Sequence record: MT233524.1
DNA from: Salmonella phage vB_Sen_I1
DNA: 32,000 nt
Reading direction: 5' to 3' (one strand)
The notes under the pieces were generated by a model that worked only from the letters and a program-made list of their open reading frames with translations, did not search any database and had not been told where the DNA came from. Positions 19,913-25,987 of this stretch are shown one piece after another. How positions within the stretch are numbered: position 1 is the first letter of the stretch; every line of letters starts with the position of its first letter. A program made the position numbers and the translations under genes.

Positions 19913-20260
19913 TTAATTGACTTTCTTTTTATATTGTGAAGGCCGGTTTTTATTGTTTTCGGCCTGCGTTACTTGTCTAAGGTTATCCCCTTTATTATTT
20001 AGCTTGTTACGATCAATATGATCAATCATTAGATCACTATCTATTTCACCATGTAATAGTAACCATACGACACGATGTACTAAATAACATTCTTTATTAA
20101 GTCGAACGATATAATAACCTTGTGAATAGTAAGTACCTGCAACTGTATCTTTCCTAACTCTTCCCTTATTGACTTTCCAGCGTAGTGACGTTTTCGATGT
20201 TTCATCATAATAAAAGTAATGATTAAACAAGTCATAATCCATTTCTTTATATTTACCCAT
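19913..20260 (-). CDS. HNH homing endonuclease
   Basis: 115 aa; VHRVVWLLLHGEIDSDLMIDHIDRNKLNNKGDNLRQVTQAENNKNR. Confidence 0.85.
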   Translation of the reverse strand: MGKYKEMDYDLFNHYFYYDETSKTSLRWKVNKGRVRKDTVAGTYYSQGYYIVRLNKECYLVHRVVWLLLHGEIDSDLMIDHIDRNKLNNKGDNLRQVTQAENNKNRPSQYKKKVN

Positions 20261-20446
20261 TGTTATAGTTTCCTTATGTTATTAATTTAATCTCTATTAT
20301 ATTATATCAAAACCATTAGCAGACTACCTAATGAGTTTTTCAAATTTAATTAGCAGACTACTAATCCCGGAAAATCTCATTAGCCAACTAACTATTTCAT
20401 GGGTTATAATATAAACATAAATTAATGAGAAATAATCACCATTATA

Positions 20447-20506
20447 ATAACTATAAAAATAATAACCATAAAAATAATAACTATAAAAATAATAACTATA
20501 AAAATA
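20447..20506. repeat. Four tandem 15-bp AT-rich repeats
   Basis: ATAACTATAAAAATA / ATAACCATAAAAATA / ATAACTATAAAAATA / ATAACTATAAAAATA, flanked by copies of AATAATCACCATTATA (20431 and 20503). Confidence 0.95.
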
Positions 20507-20569
20507 ATCACCATTATAAAAATAACGATAAGAAACTATCGGCCTAAGTGAGAAACACTGTTATTTAAG

Positions 20570-20578
20570 TTATCCACA
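20570..20578 (+). promoter_or_regulatory. DnaA box (consensus TTATCCACA)
   Basis: Exact TTATCCACA. Confidence 0.75.
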
Positions 20579-20642
20579 AGTTTATTAACAGCACTTTTTG
20601 ACTTGACACAATAGGAAGGCTTTATAGCACTTTTACACAGAC

Positions 20643-20651
20643 TTATCCACA
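20643..20651 (+). promoter_or_regulatory. DnaA box (consensus TTATCCACA)
   Basis: Exact TTATCCACA. Confidence 0.75.
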
Positions 20652-20661
20652 TGTTATCCTA

Positions 20662-20677
20662 CTGTATAAATATACAG
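20662..20677. promoter_or_regulatory. LexA/SOS-box-like palindrome
   Basis: CTGTATAAATATACAG fits CTGT-N8-ACAG with an all-AT core. Confidence 0.65.
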
Positions 20678-20942
20678 GGTAAATGGGAAGCATATTATAA
20701 TGATGCCCAAAATAAGCGGCCTAAAACGCTTTCTAACGAGCTAAACGCTGCGGGGTAATATTAAAGTAAAGCCGCAACGCGTCGCCCTGGTGGCTTCGCC
20801 GTGTTTTGCTCTTTACTGTACCGCTGCGCGGTTAGCATAAAACTAGGCGCTAGGCAAGGAAAATAAAAAGGTAAAATAATATTTGCCCCTAGAAAGAAAA
20901 TACCTTTATCATTCCCCTACCGATTAACGAGGAGGCCAACAA

Positions 20943-21935
20943 ATGAGGCTATATAAACCAGATAACGCAACCGTCTTAAAAGGTGCGCTGCGTAACCTGC
21001 TGGATGGTAGCAGGACAACCAGCATTAAACATTTTGTTTTCAATATTGAAACACTTCATCATAATTTTTTTGATGATTATGATGCTTATAATATGAATAG
21101 TTTTCTACCGTTATATAAGCAAGGGGCAACGCTTGTTTTATATAATCAGGATTATCAATTACTTACTAGTCGGGGGCCGGATACTGATTTCATAATCGTA
21201 AAAGGCAACACAGTAAAAGCCTATGATGCTGGGGTGGGCTTAGAAGTTTTCACGATAGAAAATTATGAGCCTTATGATAAAGATCTTTATGATGTAGAAA
21301 ATTTTCTCGATTCATTTTGGCGTTATTTATCAGTTGGCTGGAATCGGTCGGATTCTGATGGGTATCGTTTTGCGGCTATAATGGCCTTTGATGATAACGG
21401 TAATTTTTTGTTACCGTCGGAATTATGCCCTTATGTATATAATGATCTAATAGAAGAGGCTGGTTTTTCTTTCTGGAAAGATGATGATCAGCCCATTGAC
21501 AATATAGAAAAACATGCTGTAAATTCTAACACTCAAAGCGTTAACACTCAAACCACTGAAAACAAAGGAAAAAATACCATGACCAAGATCGCTAATATCG
21601 TTGCCGCTAATAAATCCGCTGTTGTAAATGCTGCAAAACTGGAAGCGGGTAAAATTGCATTAACTCAAATCACGAAAGTAGCGGCTAAAAAAGCGCCGTT
21701 TATGATCAAGGGTTATATTGATACGCCGATTGGTCGGGTAGTTATTGCCAACCTGCTGAGCGTAGCGGTTGACCAGTACGCCCCGAATAACCAGAAGGCG
21801 AAAGCGGTGGCGGGTGCAGCTATGGAAGCGGCTATGTTAGAAATGGTGCAAAGTTTTAACATCGCTGAAATGATTGATGAAATGGTGAAAGGTATTGATA
21901 TTTCTACTTTCACCGTTAACACCGAAAGCGAGTAA
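20943..21935 (+). CDS. Unknown two-domain pre-early protein with possible internal translation start
   Basis: 330 aa; SD ggagg upstream of ATG; acidic/aromatic N-terminal domain, linker QSVNTQTTENKGKNT, then Ala/Lys-rich C-terminal domain starting at Met213. Confidence 0.8.
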   Translation: MRLYKPDNATVLKGALRNLLDGSRTTSIKHFVFNIETLHHNFFDDYDAYNMNSFLPLYKQGATLVLYNQDYQLLTSRGPDTDFIIVKGNTVKAYDAGVGLEVFTIENYEPYDKDLYDVENFLDSFWRYLSVGWNRSDSDGYRFAAIMAFDDNGNFLLPSELCPYVYNDLIEEAGFSFWKDDDQPIDNIEKHAVNSNTQSVNTQTTENKGKNTMTKIANIVAANKSAVVNAAKLEAGKIALTQITKVAAKKAPFMIKGYIDTPIGRVVIANLLSVAVDQYAPNNQKAKAVAGAAMEAAMLEMVQSFNIAEMIDEMVKGIDISTFTVNTESE

Positions 21936-21944
21936 TAATATTTA

Positions 21945-21962
21945 GCGGGGATTGTTCCCCGC
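21945..21962. terminator. Hairpin after the 330-aa gene
   Basis: GCGGGGA-ttgt-TCCCCGC. Confidence 0.5.
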
Positions 21963-21999
21963 GTTACTATTCCCTTGTTAATTAATAGGAGGCTAATAA

Positions 22000-22494
22000 A
22001 TGGCTGCGGAAAAATATGGGTTTTCGCTAGGGGAAGTGAGTACGGCTAAACATGATATGATCATTTTGGTCGATTGTCATACTGGCTATTGCGGCGAGGG
22101 GAATACTGAGGAATATTTTGTTCCTGCTGGTACGGATCTCGACGCTTTCGCTCATGAAATGGCTATTGATAATGCTTCTCGTTTTGGTAGCGATGGCTAT
22201 GAAGACGAAGAAACTGGCGATTGGTATGAGAATGATAATGTATATGCAAGCCTTTATCATTATCAATTAAGTAAATCCGGCACATATGTAAACGGCGGCG
22301 ATCCTATTAATTCCGTCATGAAATTAATTATTAAATATGGTGGCGCTGAGATAATCGATAACAAAGCGGTATTATATGCAAATCGATTAAAACAGTTGGT
22401 TTATATCCCTGATAGTACCCGATGGGATGAATATGCTGTTTTGCATGACGAATTGAAACGATGTTTCAATATTGAATCCTTACAAGTAGTCTAA
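22000..22494 (+). CDS. Acidic pre-early protein, unknown
   Basis: 164 aa; SD aggagg; Asp/Glu-rich. Confidence 0.8.
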   Translation: MAAEKYGFSLGEVSTAKHDMIILVDCHTGYCGEGNTEEYFVPAGTDLDAFAHEMAIDNASRFGSDGYEDEETGDWYENDNVYASLYHYQLSKSGTYVNGGDPINSVMKLIIKYGGAEIIDNKAVLYANRLKQLVYIPDSTRWDEYAVLHDELKRCFNIESLQVV

Positions 22495-22508
22495 TGTAAA
22501 GTTTTGTA

Positions 22509-22536
22509 AAGGCCGCCTCTTATGGTGGCCTTTTTT
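22509..22536 (+). terminator. Rho-independent terminator
   Basis: AAGGCCGCC-tcttat-GGTGGCCTTTTTT, 15 bp after the 22494 stop. Confidence 0.85.
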
Positions 22537-22600
22537 GTTATAATGCCTTTACACCGTTTGAGGACGGTTGAAAATTTTCCCAAAAATTTGGAGGCTTAAA

Positions 22601-22831
22601 ATGGTTGCTTATTCTTCTTCTGACGCTCTTTTCACTGGAAAAGGTTGGGTATCTAATCGCTGGATCATTCATGAAATGGTGCAGGAGTTCGGCATTGCTA
22701 AAACTTACACTACCATCCAGGCGCTTTATGATAACGATCAAATTGATCAGCAAACGGCTGGCTTTTTGCTGGATACCCTGAAAGCGGAACACTGTACTAA
22801 AAAACAAGCCGCTAAAATTGTTTTAATGTAA
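22601..22831 (+). CDS. Small pre-early protein, unknown
   Basis: 76 aa from MVAYSSSDALF; SD ggagg before the ATG. Confidence 0.72.
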   Translation: MVAYSSSDALFTGKGWVSNRWIIHEMVQEFGIAKTYTTIQALYDNDQIDQQTAGFLLDTLKAEHCTKKQAAKIVLM

Positions 22832-22836
22832 TTAAT

Positions 22837-22861
22837 AACGGGGCGTTACTTTCGCCCCGTT
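22837..22861. terminator. Hairpin after the 76-aa gene
   Basis: AACGGGGCG-ttacttt-CGCCCCGTT, perfect 9-bp stem. Confidence 0.5.
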
Positions 22862-22871
22862 AACTAGGAGA

Positions 22872-23024
22872 ATGAAAATGGTTATTTTTCGAGCTATTCT
22901 AGCAGGTATCTTGGGCGCTATTTTATCCCTTTTTGCTATAGCTTTCGGTGTTCACGCCGTTATTGTCGGCGCGGGTATCGCCGTTTTTTCTTATTTGCTG
23001 GGCTGCATGAGTAAAGGAGAATAA
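22872..23024 (+). CDS. Small glycine/alanine-rich membrane protein
   Basis: MKMVIFRAILAGILGAILSLFAIAFGVHAVIVGAGIAVFSYLLGCMSKGE; SD aggag. Confidence 0.55.
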   Translation: MKMVIFRAILAGILGAILSLFAIAFGVHAVIVGAGIAVFSYLLGCMSKGE

Positions 23025-23026
23025 AA

Positions 23027-23239
23027 ATGATCCGCAACGTTTCCCTTGCCCGTTCCAAAGGCTTTAAGCTGGTGGATGTAAATACATTTGAGCGGGAAGA
23101 CTGTAAAATCGAATATGTAGCACGGAATAAAAACGCCTTCCGTGTTACAGAAAAGAAATTCGATAAGCGCGGCAATGTGATAGCTGAAACGGTTAAACAT
23201 TTTGCCACCTTTTACGCGGCTTTTCGTGGGGTACTATGA
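23027..23239 (+). CDS. Small basic protein, unknown
   Basis: 70-aa ORF, starts 2 nt after the previous stop with SD aaaggaga. Confidence 0.65.
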   Translation: MIRNVSLARSKGFKLVDVNTFEREDCKIEYVARNKNAFRVTEKKFDKRGNVIAETVKHFATFYAAFRGVL

Positions 23240-23367
23240 AAAGCGTTATTGTTGTTCTCCTTGCAATGGCTGGCGGTTTTATCGCCACATTATTTAAAAA
23301 TGACCCCATTTCATTGGGGATCTTTATGCTTTTATCAGGCTATCTGATCGGGAGGATATGCAAATGA
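23236..23367 (+). CDS. Small membrane protein
   Basis: MKSVIVVLLAMAGGFIATLFKNDPISLGIFMLLSGYLIGRICK, overlaps neighbours (translational coupling). Confidence 0.55.
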   Translation: MKSVIVVLLAMAGGFIATLFKNDPISLGIFMLLSGYLIGRICK

Positions 23368-23708
23368 TCATTTACGAGGGCAATCGTTTTGTTGCTAACT
23401 GCCGCCCGGCATTATTAGCAAACTATTTGAACCAGCTTTCACCAGCTTATAAGGGCGTTATTAATATTTATGAGGGCAAGGCGCATTATAAAATCAATGC
23501 GGTCGTTGCCCGTGAACTAGCGTTTCAATTTTTAACCTTTGCATCTTGCGACGTTCAGGTTATGGGTGAGGCATTAATTGCAGAAAATGAAGATGATTTT
23601 ATTAATATTTTTCGCAAGATATGCACCGAGCGCCTGATAATCAAAGGCGCATATATTCAATCCACGGCTGATAGTATTGAAACAGCGTTTCGAAAAATAG
23701 GTAAATAA
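23358..23708 (+). CDS. Unknown pre-early protein
   Basis: 116-aa ORF; alternate start at 23364 (MIIYEG...), SD ggagg. Confidence 0.7.
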   Translation: MQMIIYEGNRFVANCRPALLANYLNQLSPAYKGVINIYEGKAHYKINAVVARELAFQFLTFASCDVQVMGEALIAENEDDFINIFRKICTERLIIKGAYIQSTADSIETAFRKIGK

Positions 23709-23709
23709 T

Positions 23710-23877
23710 ATGGCTGTTTATATTGCTTTGCTAGGATATGCGCTATCCCTTATTGCTGGTATGGTTACTTATAACATGATCGGCAATATTGTGTTACCCC
23801 TTGTTGTCTGCACTATCTTAGGCCAGTTTTGCGGAATGTTCGTTATGTATAAATTAATGCGGGGAAAATACTACTAA
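23710..23877 (+). CDS. Small membrane protein
   Basis: MAVYIALLGYALSLIAGMVTYNMIGNIVLPLVVCTILGQFCGMFVMYKLMRGKYY. Confidence 0.5.
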   Translation: MAVYIALLGYALSLIAGMVTYNMIGNIVLPLVVCTILGQFCGMFVMYKLMRGKYY

Positions 23878-23980
23878 TGAGATTATATATTTTCGTTGGT
23901 AATAGTAAGGCCGCTAATGATTCCGCTGGTGGCGGTAACGTTCGCCACTATTGGCAAAAATATATTTACTAGGGCGTATT

Positions 23981-24175
23981 ATGAGCAATAAAATTGTTGT
24001 AACCAAAATCAGTACAATGGTTGATGTTTTTTACGTGCCCGATACGCCGGAAAACCGGCAAGCGGTCGAGCGTGGCGAATATGATAAAGTGATTTATGAT
24101 CACGATGGTTATTATCAGTATTTGGTGGATTCATATGGGGAGGAGGAAAAGATCACGCATCGACTACCAGACTAA
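23981..24175 (+). CDS. Small acidic protein, unknown
   Basis: 64-aa ORF MSNKIVVTKISTMVDVFYVPDTPENRQ... Confidence 0.6.
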   Translation: MSNKIVVTKISTMVDVFYVPDTPENRQAVERGEYDKVIYDHDGYYQYLVDSYGEEEKITHRLPD

Positions 24176-24214
24176 TAATCACGGGGCGCAACTATCAGGA
24201 AGTGCCCCCAATTC

Positions 24215-24239
24215 TCAAATGAGAGTCATTCTCATTTGA
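24215..24239. repeat. Inverted repeat resembling a Fur-box-like palindrome
   Basis: TCAAATGAGA-gtcat-TCTCATTTGA, perfect 10-bp arms. Confidence 0.85.
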
Positions 24240-24433
24240 CCGCGCCCGCGATGGTTAGCCTGCTAATGGTTAGGGTGTTACGTGTCGCCTTGTGGGATCG
24301 TTAGCGGGCTAACTAATTTTTAAGCCTCCTCCAATTTTGCCCTTGTTTTAGTATCCCCACCAAAATTAAACGCGTTAGAATGCGATTTAGGACGTTTTAG
24401 CGCTATATTAGAATTATTCACTGCGTAGGAATA

Positions 24434-24449
24434 CTGTATATTTATACAG
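24434..24449. promoter_or_regulatory. LexA/SOS-box-like palindrome
   Basis: CTGTATATTTATACAG in context ATA-CTGT...ACAG-TAG. Confidence 0.65.
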
Positions 24450-24459
24450 TAGGATAAGC

Positions 24460-24468
24460 TGTGGATAA
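24460..24468 (-). promoter_or_regulatory. DnaA box
   Basis: Exact TGTGGATAA (TTATCCACA on the minus strand). Confidence 0.75.
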
Positions 24469-24532
24469 GTCTGTTAATAACGCCTCAAAATGGCTAGGAT
24501 TTTGTCAAGTCAAATCGTGCTGTTAATAAGTC

Positions 24533-24541
24533 TGTGGATAA
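24533..24541 (-). promoter_or_regulatory. DnaA box
   Basis: Exact TGTGGATAA. Confidence 0.75.
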
Positions 24542-24560
24542 CTTAAATAACAGTGTTTCT

Positions 24561-24770
24561 CACTTCCATTCTTAAATGCGAATCATTATCATTTGTATTT
24601 CACTTCCTGAATGATTCTCTTTCCACTTTTTAAATGAGAATCATTCCACTTCCTGAATAATTTTCGTTTCACTTTTTAAATGAGATTGATTCTCATTTCA
24701 CTTTCTAAATGCGAATTATTATCATTCTCATTCCGCTTTTTAAATGAGAATGATTCTTATTATCATTCGT
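24561..24770. repeat. Array of about seven imperfect CACTTtttAAATGaGAATcATT repeats
   Basis: Units start near 24561, 24601, 24623, 24647, 24670, 24699 and 24734, each with an AAATG(A/C)GAAT(C/T/G)ATT-like or CTGAAT(G/A)ATT-like core. Confidence 0.88.
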
Positions 24771-24774
24771 ATTT

Positions 24775-24798
24775 AGCGCAGGGCAATTGCCCTGCGCT
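24775..24798. terminator. Perfect 24-bp palindrome, terminator-like on the plus strand
   Basis: AGCGCAGGGCAATTGCCCTGCGCT followed by TTTTG. Confidence 0.65.
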
Positions 24799-24829
24799 TT
24801 TGTGCAAATCCGACATTGCTCCACGGGTG

Positions 24830-25369
24830 TTACGTGCGGGCGTGTATGTGCGAATCCGACCCATTTTTGGTAGTGTGCAAATCCGACCCTAAAATTTCAT
24901 CCCTCCATTTTACTAGAAATTCTAGATCATATGAACACTTAGACTGAGTACCATTACTAGTAGGAACATAAGCCCGGTAATAATCACCCTTTGAGGTAGT
25001 TCTAGCAACACGAATATATTTTGGAAGATTGGTTGTTTTACTGTTGGTATTTTTGCGATTTCTAGCATTTTTATAGTCAGGTATTTGTCTTAGGTTCTCG
25101 GGAGAATTATTAGTGGGATCCTGATCTATATGATCTACTTGCAACTCGGGATCAATACTGCCGTTATGCAGGCAGAAAACAATCCGAGAAACTGCTAGGG
25201 TTCCCACCCCAGATACAAAGACCACATAAGACTTCCTACCTTTTCCGTCGTCCCTTAAAGTGCCTGTATGTTTTCTTTTAGGTAGCCTACTCAACCCACT
25301 GGGGCTTGATGGGTCAATAAAAAATAAGTCTTTCATTTGTGCATATTCGATAGGTATATATCTTGACAT
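24830..25369 (-). CDS. HNH endonuclease (homing type), T5-like early boundary
   Basis: MSRYIPIEYAQMKDLFF...VSRIVFCLHNGSIDPELQVDHIDQDPTNNSPENLRQI; ATG at 25369 with upstream aggag; the track ORF opens at 25423. Confidence 0.83.
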   Translation of the reverse strand: MSRYIPIEYAQMKDLFFIDPSSPSGLSRLPKRKHTGTLRDDGKGRKSYVVFVSGVGTLAVSRIVFCLHNGSIDPELQVDHIDQDPTNNSPENLRQIPDYKNARNRKNTNSKTTNLPKYIRVARTTSKGDYYRAYVPTSNGTQSKCSYDLEFLVKWRDEILGSDLHTTKNGSDSHIHART

Positions 25370-25442
25370 AATAAAATTCCTCCTATGAAGTAATATTATA
25401 ACAAAATTTTCGAAAGTGTGCAAGTGAAATTTTTATATTTGA

Positions 25443-25472
25443 AAATAACCGCCCTCCCTATAACCGCCCTGT
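25443..25472 (+). repeat. 30-bp perfect direct repeat, copy 1
   Basis: AAATAACCGCCCTCCCTATAACCGCCCTGT. Confidence 0.95.
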
Positions 25473-25957
25473 TCGAATCCTGTGGGATATGTGCAAATCC
25501 GACACGGGTTTTCTAGGATTAAGATGTGCTAATCCGATGAAGTTTTTGTGACTTCGATGAGAGGGTGTGTGATTGTATAGGTTTGAGGGGAAGGGGAGAG
25601 AGCGAGAAAAATTTGGGAGGCTAGAAGGATGTGGGCGCAGGATTGGTGCGGAGCACCTGATTTGCGGGGATTTCGGGGAAGAGTTGAGATAATTTGGGAA
25701 GATTTGAGATAGGGGCAGAAAAAGTAAAATTTTATTAGCAAAATGGAGCAAAATAGCTTGACAAGTGAAAATTTCTGTGGCTCTAAAAACTCAGGCAATC
25801 ATTGGCCTTCGGCCCGAAATAATGCTGCTATTTTCAGGAGAGTAAGAGTTCCTAAAAACTTAGGCGTTTGTGCAAATCCGACCATAAATTTCTAGAAACA
25901 CAATGTGCAAATCCGACAGTAAAATCCAGAAATGTGTTTTCAAAAAATGTCTCCTAG

Positions 25958-25987
25958 AAATAACCGCCCTCCCTATAACCGCCCTGT
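25958..25987 (+). repeat. 30-bp perfect direct repeat, copy 2
   Basis: AAATAACCGCCCTCCCTATAACCGCCCTGT, 515 bp from copy 1. Confidence 0.95.

Larger units (their letters stand above)
20546..20677 (+). repeat. Left arm of a 132-bp inverted repeat (partner 24434-24565)
   Basis: AAGTGAGAAACACTGTTATTTAAGTTATCCACA...TATCCTACTGTATAAATATACAG; manual gap-free alignment to the reverse complement of 24434-24565 gives about 109/132 matches. Confidence 0.95.
24434..24565 (-). repeat. Right arm of the 132-bp inverted repeat (partner 20546-20677)
   Basis: Contains CTGTATATTTATACAG (24434-24449), TGTGGATAA at 24460-24468 and 24533-24541, ends GTGTTTCTCACTT. Confidence 0.95.

Noticed and set aside
20598-20629. 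Promoter reading of the conserved TTGACTTGACA in both arms
   Set aside because: A -35-like TTGACA is present in both arms, but no -10 hexamer is conserved at 16-18 bp spacing, so the left arm cannot be confidently called a sigma70 promoter from sequence alone.
20546-24565. Transposon bounded by inverted repeats
   Set aside because: No transposase or integrase ORF and no visible target-site duplication; the conserved parts are protein-binding sites and the gene content fits phage pre-early DNA.
24561-24770. CRISPR array interpretation of the repeat block
   Set aside because: Units are imperfect, 20-40 bp apart with no constant-length unique spacers, and no cas genes are nearby.
25470-25503. 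tRNA T-arm resemblance (GTTCGAATCC; GTGCAAATCC)
   Set aside because: No acceptor, D or anticodon arm can be built around these sequences, and GTGCAAATCC lacks the invariant TTC of the T loop; no tRNA supported.
25458-25798. Overlapping plus and minus ORFs (97 and 89 aa) in the repeat-rich interval
   Set aside because: Ser/Pro-rich low-complexity peptides, no good SD, overlapping on opposite strands and containing the repeat motifs; they look like chance open frames.
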